DNA of 63,216 bases, filler included, from Octopus bimaculoides (taxonomy: Eukaryota), in the NCBI RefSeq assembly GCF_001194135.2. It is 7 parts of 6 records of this genome, joined end to end, with 100 filler letters (N's around TTAATTAATTAA, not from the genome) between each part and the next. Parts side by side here need not be neighbours in the genome. Positions count along the whole stretch, not along the records: positions 1 to 11,031 come from NC_068991.1; positions 11,132 to 31,411 come from NC_068981.1; 5 more parts are not named here. One strand, 5' to 3'. Every line of letters starts with the position of its first letter. Within the stretch, counting starts at the first letter, position 1. Below are positions 1 through 12,830 of this stretch, piece after piece. Made by a program: the position numbers and the translations under genes. The notes beneath the pieces were generated by a model. It was not told the DNA's origin and made no database searches. It worked only from the letters and a program-made list of their open reading frames with translations.

Positions 1-61
1 TGGTTGTGGTGTTAAAGGAGGCTTTCCGTCCTATTTGATTGTGATAATTACGTAGAAAAAA

Positions 62-135
62 TGAACTATAATAATAATAATAATAACAATAATAATAATA
101 ACAACAACAACAACAACAACAGCAACAATAATAAC

Positions 136-193
<58 letters not shown>

Positions 194-218
194 GTAATAA
201 TAATAATAATAATAATAA
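62..218. repeat. (AAT)n/(AAC)n trinucleotide microsatellite
   Basis: Direct reading; produces the poly-Asn ORF 61..606. Confidence 0.95.
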
Positions 219-714
219 AGCGTCACGAATTCAAAAGAACGTCCACGTTTACGATGGATCTTTTGCAGCCATATGCATAATGCACATGCATCACCCATAC
301 ACACGTGCAGAGCAAAACACCTGCATACGCTCATACAGGTCACACACACATACACACACAAACACACACACTCATGCACGCACACATACACATCCGTACA
401 TGTTTGGACAGGCACAAACTGCTTCAAACTCACCAACAGACGCATACGTGCAGCTATTCTTTCATACACACAATACATACAACAAATGCCCACATGTTCA
501 TGAATGCAAGCCCACATTCACAGGCAAACATACACAGATACGCCGTAGACGAATGCAAACACTTCAAGATCTAACGCAGATACGCCATTCAATAAACGGT
601 CATTGAGTTTGTAATTCCAGCAAATTTAATTTCCGGTTTCATCCACCACAGGGTCCAAAGGAAAATGTAACCCTTAATGCACTCCCTCCCCACACCTAAA
701 CACTACTCAGCTAC

Positions 715-1631
715 CACATACATACATACATACATACATACATACATACATACATACATACATACATGCATACATACATACACACGACAGATATATATAC
801 ATATATATATATACCCACACACACCTATATACAAATATATATATGTATGTGGGTAATATATGTGTATATATACCTGTGTGTATGTCTGTGTGTGTATGTA
901 CATATATATATATATACATACATACATCTATATTCATATACATGTATATATGCATACATATATACATATCAATATATATATATACATATATATATACATA
1001 TATATACATACATACATATACATACATATATATATACATATATATCAATATATATATATATATACATACATATACATACATACATATACATATACATATA
1101 CATACAGATATATATATACATGTGTATANNNNNNNNNNNNNNNNNNNNNNNNNNNNNNNNNNNNNNNNNNNNNNNNNNNNNNNNNNNNNNNNNNNNNNNN
1201 NNNNNNNNNNNNNNNNNNNNNNNNNNNNNNNNNNNNNNNNNNNNNNNNNNNNNNNNNNNNNNNNNNNNNNNNNNNNNNNNNNNNNNNNNNNNNNNNNNNN
1301 NNNNNNNNNNNNNNNNNNNNNNNNNNNNNNNNNNNNNNNNNNNNNNNNNNNNNNNNNNNNNNNNNNNNNNNNNNNNNNNNNNNNNNNNNNNNNNNNNNNN
1401 NNNNNNNNNNNNNNNNNNNNNNNNNNNNNNNNNNNNNNNNNNNNNNNNNNNNNNNNNNNNNNNNNNNNNNNNNNNNNNNNNNNNNNNNNNNNNNNNNNNN
1501 NNNNNNNNNNNNNNNNNNNNNNNNNNNNNNNNNNNNNNNNNNNNNNNNNNNNNNNNNNNNNNNNNNNNNNNNNNNNNNNNNNNNNNNNNNNNNNNNNNNN
1601 NNNNNNNNNNNNNNNNNNNNNNNNNNNNNNN

Positions 1632-1678
<47 letters not shown>

Positions 1679-1700
1679 AAGAGATGGAGGGAGAGAGATA
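715..1700. repeat. Compound (TACA)n/(TA)n microsatellite, N gap, then (AG)n
   Basis: Direct reading; gap about 1129-1631. Confidence 0.9.
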
Positions 1701-2491
1701 GTTGTTGGGATGACATTAAGACATTAAGACATTGAAAAAAAAATAGCTTTCAAATTTAATATGCAAAAATACGAACATTGCACCCACAAAATGAGAGAAT
1801 CCATCGCATATTTAGATTCAGAGAACCCCACGATTTTGAACAACTCCCGTTCAGATAATCTTCTCTTAAATGGATCCTCCAAGTTTTCCCTCAAAATTCT
1901 GCAGTTTTATCCATATCCTTGAGATGTTCCATGTCCTTTGGATAAGTGCTGTTAGTTGCCCAAACTCCTTTGGAAGAAATTTCAACAACCATCTATACGC
2001 CAAGGTTTCCTGATAATTCTTTCCCCTCTCTTCTTTTAATCAATGCCATATTGATTTCCTTGATTTTCTTTTAGCTTTTCCAACAATTTATACGGGTTAT
2101 TGATGTTCCTTCGGTTTACTTAGAAATTCAAGCACTTTAAGTGCTAGGCGTCTGTTCATGACGGGTTCAGCCTCATGTTTAGACTAGACTCATTTTGGTT
2201 TTTGTCACGTTTTTATTTCGCTGGTAAAAAGTAAAAGAAAAAATCCATTTTCATGACTGGAGCCTTGCGTTTTACACGAAAAAATAATGTTTATTTAACA
2301 TCTAAAAGCGTCGATTTGAATGATATTATTACAAACAAGAACAAGACACGCACGCAAAGTTTAGGCCAAACGAAGGAAGCAAGCCAAATTTAAAAGGTGA
2401 AAGTGTTGTTTAAAACAAAATAGGCGGGAATACCAATTTTTACGCTCGAATTTTCTAGCAATAATAAGAAAATAAATATAAGTGAACCAGC

Positions 2492-2845
2492 ATGAGAAAG
2501 ACTACAGGGCAAAAATATGTATACAAAGAAAATTACACCCTGAAAGGAAGACGGCCATATATCTTTGCAACTTTAAAACGCATAGATTTTCTTTATGCCT
2601 TCAAAGCAGCAACTAGAGGAAGCCCTGGACGATGTGGGGAGCGATATCTCGTATCGATTCGGGTAGGCATTGTAGCAGTGTATGTCGTAGAGTGTATGTC
2701 GTAGAGTGTATGTCGTAGAGTGTATGTCGTAGAGTGTATGTCGTAGAGTGTATGATGCAGAGAAAAGAGCAGTGTGGCTGATAGTACAGATCAGAAAGAA
2801 AGCCTAACTGCTACATATGTGGCAGCAACAGCCGTAACTTAAGAA
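2492..2845 (+). mobile_element. Decayed 3' end of RTE-clade LINE ORF
   Basis: Broken translation KGRRPYI...SIRVGI...AEKRAV...IRKK..CYICGSN resembles the RTE C-terminus (GRP.LRFKD, W..LA.DR..WR, terminal Cys motif). Confidence 0.45.
2672..2754 (+). repeat. 14-bp minisatellite (GTAGAGTGTATGTC) x about 6
   Basis: Exact units at 2687, 2701, 2715, 2729; partial at 2743; variant at 2672. Confidence 0.95.
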
Positions 2846-2850
2846 ACAGT

Positions 2851-3171
2851 AGGTGCAACCATGGTTGTGTGGTTAAGAAGCATGATTCGTTACCACGTGA
2901 TTTCGGGTTCAGTCCTACAGTTTCACACCTTATGAGAGTGCCTTCTACTATAGCCCCGATCCGACCAATGCCTTGTGAATTAATTTTGTAGACGGAAAGA
3001 CAGTAACTGTGAGGAAGCTCGCTGTATATACGTGTGTGTGTGTGTGTGTGTGTGTGTATTTCTTTGTGTTTGTCTCCCACCGCCTTACAACAGGTATTGG
3101 TTTGTTTACATCCCTGCAGTTTAGTCTTTTGTCAAAAGCACCGATGGAATAAAAACCAGACTGCATTATAA
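2851..3171 (+). mobile_element. SINE family A, diverged (head + (TG)n + partial tail)
   Basis: Aligns by eye to the complete copy at 41042-41562. Confidence 0.75.
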
Positions 3172-3264
3172 ACTTCACTGTTAGTTACTAAACTTGTTCG
3201 CCACTGTTTTATCTGCTGTACTAAGCAACTGGTAGCAATCCGATGGCATTATGAGTCATGTGAA

Positions 3265-3480
3265 AGGCGCCGAGCTGGCAGAAACATTAGCACGCCCAGC
3301 GAAAGGCTTAGCAGTATTTCGTCTGTCTTTACGTTCTGAGTTCAAATTCCGCCGATGTCGACTTTACCTTTCATCCTTTCGGGGTCGATAAATTAAGTAC
3401 CAGTTGCGTACTGGGATCGATCTAATCGACTGGCACCCTCCCCAAAAATTTCGGACCTTGTGCCTAGAGTAGTTATTATT
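3265..3480 (+). mobile_element. SINE family B, near full length
   Basis: GGCG.GAGCTGGCAGAAAC.TTAGCA head, GAGTTCAAATTCCGCCG B-box-like motif, body TTTCATCCTTTCGGGGTCGAT, tail CCTTGTGCCTAGAGTAG + (TTA)n. Confidence 0.9.
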
Positions 3481-3602
3481 ACTATTGTTCAGTAGTTTTA
3501 TTTTTATAACGTGCTTTCACTTCACTACCGAGCGCAGCTCTGTGTGCCTTGGGTATGTGCTGTGGTTTGCTGTGATGCTCTTATGGTTACTGTATTGAAA
3601 GG

Positions 3603-3634
<32 letters not shown>

Positions 3635-4087
3635 ATTGTTATTATTGGGCTCTCGTTATCTAAGTGTATACTTTTAAACCGTTCTTGACTTTGTCTGCCT
3701 CAGTAGAGCAGTTAGAGACCACGATCAAAATTATTCACGCCTCGTTCAACTGGTCTTTTATTGAGACAATCTCTACAACTACATTATCGAAAAATAACCT
3801 TCCAATTCTTTTTTAAAATGTCAGGGTGCGATCTGAAAAGAACTTGACTGCTATTTCCAGCAAATTCAATAACCACGTAGATACTCCCTCAACGGCCCAT
3901 TCTATGTTATTTAGTAACACGTGTTAGCTATATAGACCATAACTCTGTGCGTAGTCGGGCGCGTCAAGAGTAAACAGAAAAACCGTAACTAGAGATGTAA
4001 TATAATTTACATCTACAATGACAACCGGAAGCTTAGGATAAAAAAAAATCTTTCTGCAAATTAATATTTATATATATATACATATAC

Positions 4088-4171
<84 letters not shown>

Positions 4172-4362
4172 GTGGGTAAAGCGAGATTAGAAATGGACTA
4201 ATATTGCAGTCGATTTCCTTTCAACGATTAGGTGCAAAGTATTAGGTAGATGAATTAATTGTTAAATGGGGGACATATTGGATGATATTGAAAGAAAATA
4301 TATTGAGGCATGAAAAACATTATATACACGCACACTTGAACGTGTACACACAAATTATGTTT

Positions 4363-4406
<44 letters not shown>

Positions 4407-4918
4407 CGTATATATTATATATATATTAAGTATATATATATATATACATATATATAAATATATATATATATGTATATAAATATATATATGCATGTATGTA
4501 CGTATGTATATATGTATGTATATGTACATACATAAATATGTGCATATACGTATATATANNNNNNNNNNNNNNNNNNNNNNNNNNNNNNNNNNNNNNNNNN
4601 NNNNNNNNNNNNNNNNNNNNNNNNNNNNNNNNNNNNNNNNNNNNNNNNNNNNNNNNNNNNNNNNNNNNNNNNNNNNNNNNNNNNNNNNNNNNNNNNNNNN
4701 NNNNNNNNNNNNNNNNNNNNNNNNNNNNNNNNNNNNNNNNNNNNNNNNNNNNNNNNNNNNNNNNNNNNNNNNNNNNNNNNNNNNNNNNNNNNNNNNNNNN
4801 NNNNNNNNNNNNNNNNNNNNNNNNNNNNNNNNNNNNNNNNNNNNNNNNNNNNNNNNNNNNNNNNNNNNNNNNNNNNNNNNNNNNNNNNNNNNCGCCTATG
4901 GCAAAATTTATGAAATAA

Positions 4919-5252
4919 AGAAGCTTGCTTACCAACCACATGGTTCCGGGTTCAGTCCCACTGCGTGGCACCTTGGGCAAGTGTCTTCTACTATAGCCTC
5001 GGGGTGACCAAAGCCTTGTGAGTGAATTTGGTAGACGGAAACTGAAAGAAGCCCGTTGTCTACATGTGTGTGCGTGTTTGACAGCCGGTGTTAATGTTTG
5101 AACTAGCAGATCAGCAAAATAAACCGATAGAATAAACACCAGACTTTTTAAAAAATAACAAACAAGAACAGGGGTCGATTTATTCGACTAAACCCATCAA
5201 GGCGGTGCCCCAGGATGGCCGCAATCCAATGACTGAATCAAATAATAGATAA
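4919..5252 (+). mobile_element. SINE family A
   Basis: Head GCTTGCTTACCAACCACATGGTTCCGGGTTCAGTCCC, tail GGCGGTGCCCCAGGATGGCCGC. Confidence 0.9.
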
Positions 5253-5591
5253 AATATAACGATTATAAAATATTTTTGTCTTAAAATAGTCATTTATTAA
5301 TTCGTTTATTTTATTTATAAAAAAATTGTTAACTTTATTTATTATTTCATTTTATTCTTTTATTATTCCATTTTATGGTTTTTGTTCTTTTCTCTTAGTT
5401 TTCCGTAAAATCTTTGCTTTATTATTAGAACCGGAATATTTTTGCCAATATATCTTCCGGTTAAATTCGTCAAAACCCTAAAAGCAAGCCAGGTCATTCC
5501 CAACTGAAAGGTCAACTAATGAGATATAACAGTTCCTCACCTCCACTCAATCCTCTCTCCTCACACATACACACACATACATGTACACACG

Positions 5592-5687
<96 letters not shown>

Positions 5688-7744
5688 CACTCACATTCGT
5701 GCATTTGTATGCCTTGCTCGGCATAGCCTTTTCTGTTTTAATTGTTTTTCTTTATCGCTGACGATGATGGCGACCAAGAGGAAGAAGACGGAGATGAATT
5801 CTCACTGTATTTTATTATCTGATCTACGTGTGCGCACGCACGTATGTGTGTGTATGTGCGCACGTATGTGTGTGTGTGTGCGCGTGTCTATGCGTCTCTG
5901 CACATTACTTCTAAAATCATCTTCTGATTGGCACTATCTCGTTCTTGTTTTTTTGGACAATTGCCTTTGAATAGGTTCCATTCCTCAAATGTAAATATCC
6001 CAAATGCACATGATGGTCAAAAGTGGTCAATCAATCTAGCTTCCTGTTTTTCATCGCGGTTTTTGTTGTTATTTCTCTTGCTTGGCCAAACTGGTTTGGA
6101 TAATGCACGCACGATCGCAACATTTTGGTTTCCATTCCGACGCCGGTCGGTGCGTTGTTGTTGTTGTTGTTTTTGTTGTTGTCGTCGTCGTCGTCGTCGT
6201 TTTCATCACCATTATGATCATCATCATTATAACCATAATCATCATCATTAAGCTAGTAGAATCGCAAAGGACTCACAAAAATGCTCAGTGAGATTTCATC
6301 GGATCAAATCCAACTTATTTTTAAATCTATTTAGCACAAAAACGGAAGCTTGGTCATACATACATAAATACATACATACATATATATATACATAAAATGT
6401 GTTTATTTGGGAAGTCTGTTGTGTGGCATTATTCTATAGTAATGCCCTTATATAAATATATATTTATATACATATATATATATATATATANNNNNNNNNN
6501 NNNNNNNNNNNNNNNNNNNNNNNNNNNNNNNNNNNNNNNNNNNNNNNNNNNNNNNNNNNNNNNNNNNNNNNNNNNNNNNNNNNNNNNNNNNNNNNNNNNN
6601 NNNNNNNNNNNNNNNNNNNNNNNNNNNNNNNNNNNNNNNNNNNNNNNNNNNNNNNNNNNNNNNNNNNNNNNNNNNNNNNNNNNNNNNNNNNNNNNNNNNN
6701 NNNNNNNNNNNNNNNNNNNNNNNNNNNNNNNNNNNNNNNNNNNNNNNNNNNNNNNNNNNNNNNNNNNNNNNNNNNNNNNNNNNNNNNNNNNNNNNNNNNN
6801 NNNNNNNNNNNNNNNNNNNNNNNNNNNNNNNNNNNNNNNNNNNNNNNNNNNNNNNNNNNNNNNNNNNNNNNNNNNNNNNNNNNNNNNNNNNNNNNNNNNN
6901 NNNNNNNNNNNNNNNNNNNNNNNNNNNNNNNNNNNNNNNNNNNNNNNNNNNNNNNNNNNNNNNNNNNNNNNNNNNNNNNNNNNNNNNNNNNNNNNNNNNN
7001 NNNNNNNNNNNNNNNNNNNNNNNNNNNNNNNNNNNNNNNNNNNNNNNNNNNNNNNNNNNNNNNNNNNNNNNNNNNNNNNNNNNNNNNNNNNNNNNNNNNN
7101 NNNNNNNNNNNNNNNNNNNNNNNNNNNNNNNNNNNNNNNNNNNNNNNNNNNNNNATATATATGACTGATATACATGTATATTTCTGGTGTCACGCATTAG
7201 TGAGAGACTAGCTCAACACTTGGGACTTTTTTCTCAGGCAATATTTTAACTGAATGCAAGCCTAAAAAATATTTTGAATTATGCGAATATATGATAAAAT
7301 GGAATGAAACTAGATAGAACTGCAAAAACTCTGCTGCAAAGTGAACAAAAATTTTGTATTTAGTCATTAAAAATATTCCAAAGAGAACTCATAAAATATA
7401 TAATATGCATTAATGCTGAAAAAATAGTTTTCATAAAAACAAGGAAATACTTCACATGTAAAAGGATTTGTAGAATATTGAAAGATTGTAACCAAAAAAG
7501 AATTAACCATCTTTGAGTATTTATACATGAAATATCTCGTACTAAGTATTTTTATCGCAGAAAAAGAGAAGCTGGTCCACACGTATATACATAGATATAT
7601 ACATGTATATTTATGTGTGTATTTGTATGTATATATACATATATGTGTGTGTTTACGCATATATATGTGTATGCATATATCTAATATCCTCATTCTGCAT
7701 CTACCACTCTATATATTCTCATTATTGTATCTAATTTTCTCATT

Positions 7745-7795
7745 TTTCCTTTGAAGAACTCTTAGAGTGAAAACCGGTTGGCGTGTGAGGTAAAA
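7745..7795 (+). ncRNA. Degenerate minimal type I hammerhead-ribozyme-like motif (Penelope pLTR type)
   Basis: TTGAAGA-ACTC/TTA/GAGT-GAAAC-CG-GTT: core, 4-bp stem II, palindromic ACCGGT stem III; stem I weak. Confidence 0.4.
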
Positions 7796-8499
7796 AAGAT
7801 TGAATATATCTAAATGAAATACTACAAATGTCTTTGTCTTTCAATTTTTCTAAAAATTATGATTGTTTTAACTTTATTGTGCATTTTCATCCAATTTTTG
7901 CTTTTATACATACACACACATACATACATACATTCATACACACGCACATTCAGACATTTATATCTATATATATATATACGCACACACAAACATAACATTT
8001 TGTGTTCCCCAAAAAATAATTTCGTCCCTGCATTAAAAAGGTTAACACGAACTTACAAACATGCCGAACATTTTGACTGAATCATTAAGGCTATCAAATG
8101 TAGAAGAACCTCTTCGTGCTCTCACAGCGAAAGAAAACTGAGTTACAAGGTATTTCGAACGGAACACAGAATGTATTTGCGTTTCCGTTATACTAATGTT
8201 CGATAAGATTATAAGTGGATACATCATGAAATCTAATCCGCAGCAAATATATTTTGTATCTCAGATAAAGATAATTTATTGTACATGATACTGTTTATTT
8301 AGTTATAAAAAAAAAAGGTACACCTTCCAGGTATACCTGTCGATGGAATTATATCTTTTCTCTCTCTTCGGCCTTGCGATACGTGAACCGATCTTAAATA
8401 TCGTCTTTGTAATACCGTATTTATTTTAGATGAAATTAAGGAAGGAGTAAATTGATTCGAACACCTTGCAAACAATAACACATTAAAAAGCCGTTACAG

Positions 8500-8680
8500 G
8501 GTCTCACAATGTGCTAGAAATCACAGCCAAATGTCGCCCAAAGCTCAACCTGCAGTCTTAAAATTATTTGGATAATATAGTTCAAGGTAATCAATGCCTG
8601 GAAAAACTTGTTGATCATGATAATCATGATGGAAAGCTACTGACTGTATGTGTGCTTGATAAGAACTGGCTGAAGTAGTC
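8500..8680 (-). mobile_element. Old dispersed repeat (family E)
   Basis: Reverse complement of the motif GATTTGGCTGCTATTTCTAGCA also seen at about 3800-3895, 15205-15330, 15660-15830, 18130-18320, 37090-37325. Confidence 0.55.
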
Positions 8681-10232
8681 TGCTTAATGATTTAAATATT
8701 TGAAAAACCGTTTGAACGATCCAGATGAAAAATTATGAAAAATATTTAAGGTGATCCCAATAAATGAAGACAAGAACAAAAGATATTGTATTATATTATA
8801 TAAGTCGGTTAATGATACTATAAAATTTCGGGAAAATTTCCCCTTTTCAAATAGAAGAAAGAAAATAATCAAGCATTTACCGGTAGGTCATTTTAGTTTC
8901 TACATAATATTCTATTCATATGCAAATAAAAAAAAATAATGTAAAATACGCATTAAATATCAAATATAAACAGTATCAGAAAAAGTCACATAGACATCTT
9001 AGAAAAATTCCTTCGATGCAAAATTGCAGAAACTAAAGTGCAAAATTGTGGCCTACAACTTGTAACACGCAAGCAACTTGTATTTATTTCCATTTATTAA
9101 GATACTGAAGTCTTAATATACACTGTGTGTTGTGTTGAATCTTACTGAGGTCGCTAAAGTAAGAAAGTGCTAAACAGTCAAATTGATTTCTTTATGATTA
9201 CATAATTAGTATTACAAATAATATCATATGAAGGCATCGAGCAGATTGAAGATAGCGATTGTAATTGCTTCTAGATACATTCAGGTAAATATCGTAGAAG
9301 CTGGTCATGCATAATGATAAGAGATAAAAGAAATATTTAAGGTGCAGTCATACAAAACATCGCGAAACAGACGGATGTGTGTGTGTGGGTCTGTGTTTAG
9401 CTATATGTACATGAATAAATCACGGAGGCATGGAGTGATCAACACAATTATATCCTTGTCATTAATTTGATATTCAAACTTCATTGAAAGACAGCAGAGA
9501 CGGAATTACCTGAATTCAGTGAGCATATCATCTCAAGGACAAAAACTATAAAAAAAATAATAAAATTTATTGAAACACTGAACTTGTTTTTTTTTTTTTT
9601 TCCATCTTCCTTGTCTTGTCAAACAAGTAAACAGCCTTATCACATATGATAATCTCCGGCTATCTAGTTCGTTTCATATATTCAATTACATCATATCATT
9701 TTTATGCATATAAGGTTATCATTATTATTATTATTATCATCATCATCATCATCATCATCATCACTGCTATAATTGTTGTCGTTATAACAGTTGTTGTCAT
9801 CGTTCTTCCGAGATCTTTTACGGAGCGGAAGATTGGGTCTCTCGGTTGGTTTGTGCCATATTTCTGGCAATAATGTCTGTCGATTCCTTCCAAGCCTTAG
9901 GCTGTATAAAACAAAAGAGGTAGAGCGGGAAAGGAGGCGGGGGAGAGCTATTTATACTGAAATATGAAAACGCCATTACAAGTTAAAGGAGTCATGCGTC
10001 TCAATCCAACAGCCAGTCTCCATTGAACGCTAATGTATTTCTTCGTCGCTGCTAGCTTTTCTGATTCAAATCATTTTATCTGTCTATGAATGCATCACGG
10101 TCATTCATAAATTCCATTATTACTTCATTTAGTAGCATTCGCCGAAATTAAGACAATTCGACAAGACTTATCAATCAGTTCTCTACAGAGCTCTGTCTCA
10201 AAGTAACTGAAATATAATTTTCAAATATGAAT

Positions 10233-10412
10233 AGGCGCAGGAGTGGCTGTGTGGTAAATACCTTGCTTACCAACCACATGGTTTCGGGTTCAGTCCCACT
10301 GCGTGGTGCCTTGGGCAAGTGTCTCCTACTATAGCCTCAGGCCGACCAAAGCCTTGTGAGTGGATTTGGTAGACGGAAACTGAAAGAAGCCCATGGTATG
10401 TGTGTGTGTGTA
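10233..10412 (+). mobile_element. SINE family A head + (TG)n
   Basis: AGGCGCAGGAGTGGCTGTGTGGTAA...GGAAACTGAAAGAAGCCC. Confidence 0.92.
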
Positions 10413-10419
10413 CTGTATA

Positions 10420-10684
10420 AATCTTGAAAAATTTACTATATTGATGTTGGTAGTAATTGTAATTCTTAAATTAAATTTTCTGAATGCATAAATATGATCT
10501 TTTTTAAGTCTAACTAATTGATGGCTTTTCGTATGATGGGAAAATATCAAACCATCCTCTCTATAAAGGCCAACATCTGTAAGGTTAATTTCCTCCAGAG
10601 AGTGTCTTAGATATATGATCCCATATTCTATAAGCCTCCTTCCCAACATACAACCTCATTCCCATATCAAACGAGCAGGTAATT
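10420..10684 (-). mobile_element. Penelope-like element RT fragment (GLYRDDGL-type, Naiad-like)
   Basis: FDMGMRLYVGKEA (cf. FDVxMGSYDGAEVCE), frameshift, then DVGLYREDGL...FRKFNLRITITTNINIVNF (cf. GLYRDDGL...ITI..N..VNFLDV). Confidence 0.75.
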
Positions 10685-10738
10685 CCATTGTTCGGATCAA
10701 CTAGAACACTCGCCGACGTAACCGACGGAGTACCATTT
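10685..10738 (+). mobile_element. SINE family C 3' tail only
   Basis: CGGATCAACTAGAACACTCGCCGACGTAACCGACGGAGTACC matches tails at 27510-27558 and 55765-55815. Confidence 0.75.
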
Positions 10739-10935
10739 TATATAACACTACCACGCAACGACACCTCCAACCCTAACCACTATTCCACCACGCCATCTCA
10801 TCACGTCACACTTCTACACTGCAGAGCATTTCAAAACCGAATTATTCAACTACACACTACACTTCCCTTTCTATTCTGCATTATACTTGTTGTGCAGCAG
10901 TGTACTTCTTTACAAATACACTTCCACCCAATTAC

Positions 10936-10969
<34 letters not shown>

Positions 10970-11131
10970 TTAAAATGTGAATATAAAATTCTCTAAGTAA
11001 CCAGCAATCAATAGATGTAAGTATGCCTCGTNNNNNNNNNNNNNNNNNNNNNNNNNNNNNNNNNNNNNNNNNNNNTTAATTAATTAANNNNNNNNNNNNN
11101 NNNNNNNNNNNNNNNNNNNNNNNNNNNNNNN

Positions 11132-11181
<50 letters not shown>

Positions 11182-11597
11182 ACTTATACATATGCACATA
11201 CACTTTTAATCAGACATAAATGCAGGTATTTACATGCATATTTAAAAGCAGATGCGGTTCCATAAGAACGCAGAGAGTGGAGGAAAGCGAGAGAAAGAGA
11301 GTGAGAGAGAGAATGGGAGAGTAAGAGAAACACACTGAGAGAGAGAGAGAGAGAGAGAAAGAGAGGGGGGGACGAAGGGACAGAGTGAGAGCGAGATGAT
11401 AGTAAGGAAGAGAGTGGAAAGAGAGTGAGAGAGAGAGAGCCGTGCGCATTGTACAACCAGATGCGGGTTTTGCAATCAGCTGTTTCACTGATCTATTATT
11501 TAAACGTTTACCGCCACTGCCATAAAGCAATTAAGTTAGAAGTTAGCTTGGGATGAGCGATGTTCTAAAGGTCGGATACGGCTCTTCATCCATAGAT

Positions 11598-11772
11598 GGA
11601 GGTGTGGACTGAGTTGTTGAGAAGATCGATTTGCATCCATATGATTACGGGTTCGATTTCAATACGTGAGAAATGCATTTTGCTAATATTTTCGGGTTGA
11701 CTAATGTTTGCGATTTGTAAATGAAATTTCTCGACTGAAATTGTACGCAGACCCGACGTGTGTGTGTGTGTG

Positions 11773-11805
<33 letters not shown>

Positions 11806-11845
11806 TGTGTGTGTGTGTGGGTGTGAGTGAGTGTGTGTGTGTTTA
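11598..11845 (+). mobile_element. Highly diverged SINE A head running into (TG)n
   Basis: Residual A-box and GGGTTCGATT B-box, GACTGAAATTGTACGCAGACCCG before (TG)n. Confidence 0.5.
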
Positions 11846-12143
11846 NNNNNNNNNNNNNNNNNNNNNNNNNNNNNNNNNNNNNNNNNNNNNNNNNNNNNNN
11901 NNNNNNNNNNNNNNNNNNNNNNNNNNNNNNNNNNNNNNNNNNNNNNNNNNNNNNNNNNNNNNNNNNNNNNNNNNNNNNNNNNNNNNNNNNNNNNNNNNNN
12001 NNNNNNNNNNNNNNNNNNNNNNNNNNNNNNNNNNNNNNNNNNNNNNNNNNNNNNNNNNNNNNNNNNNNNNNNNNNNNNNNNNNNNNNNNNNNNNNNNNNN
12101 NNNNNNNNNNNNNNATATATATATATATATATGTATGTATGTA

Positions 12144-12191
<48 letters not shown>

Positions 12192-12459
12192 TGTTCGTCC
12201 TTTGTTTGTGTATACTGGTGCAAATCAGTGTAAATACTTTGTGGTACTTCTAAGTACAGTCTACTGTAAAAAAAAAAGACAAAATCTATGAAGGGACGTA
12301 ACCCTTATAAATATAGACATTCGATGAAATGTCTGCTGTTCATTTTATCAATCATTAAGGACGAGAGTCAATATAATTGAATACTGTTGAAGGCCGTGTT
12401 CCCAAAGGAACGTTTCATTTACTGACTGCATACCATTTTTTATGTAACGTATAGTCCGT

Positions 12460-12830
12460 TTTTTCCCAGCTTATAAACCTAAAGACCATTCTCAAACCAG
12501 TTTTAAAGCATCTTCATTAAGCTAAGAACCCGTTTATATACCACTTTCATTTAGCCTATAGACTATTTTCATCCAGCCGATACATATTTTTATCCAACCT
12601 ATTGACATTTTCACTCAGCCTGTTAATCTTCTCTTCCATCAAACCAATACGCATGTTTGTTTAGCCTCTAGATATTTTCAACTAGCCTAATTATCAGTTT
12701 CCAAGCTGCTTATAGGCCATTTCTACTCTGCCTATATACATTTTCATCCAGCCTCTTAATCTGTTTCTTGCAGCCTATAGACAATCTCTATCCAACCTAT
12801 TCACATTTTCATCCAAGTTTTAAACATTTT
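12460..12830. repeat. Degenerate minisatellite, about 21-bp unit CATTTTCATCCAGCCTATAGA
   Basis: Recurrent TTTTCATCCA(G/A)CCT motifs at about 12507, 12569, 12612, 12742, 12806. Confidence 0.6.

Noticed and set aside
61-606. 181-aa ORF with poly-Asn
   Set aside because: Translation of (AAT)n/(AAC)n and CA-rich repeats; no domain.
766-1735. Long ORFs of YI/HT/CV dipeptides and X runs (here and at 4415, 6397, 35189, 42086, 54057, 61793 etc.)
   Set aside because: Dinucleotide repeats and N gaps lack stop codons; artefacts.
1770-2460. Possible DNA-transposon remnant on the minus strand (MNRRLALKVLEFL...)
   Set aside because: Broken frames with no motif I can assign and no paired TIRs found.
2672-2754. 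CRISPR-like repeat array
   Set aside because: Units are head-to-tail with no spacers, in a eukaryotic context.
8057-8137. 81-nt minus-strand candidate exon (CAG...TTT|GTAAGT)
   Set aside because: Weak polypyrimidine tract and no homology; GTAAGT is expected many times per strand by chance in AT-rich DNA.
11076-11087. TTAATTAATTAA islands inside N-runs (also 31456, 39452, 52536, 58821, 60950)
   Set aside because: Each sits in an identical 100-nt N44-12-N44 block and has stops in all six frames: an artificial scaffolding spacer. Adjacency across these blocks is not reliable.
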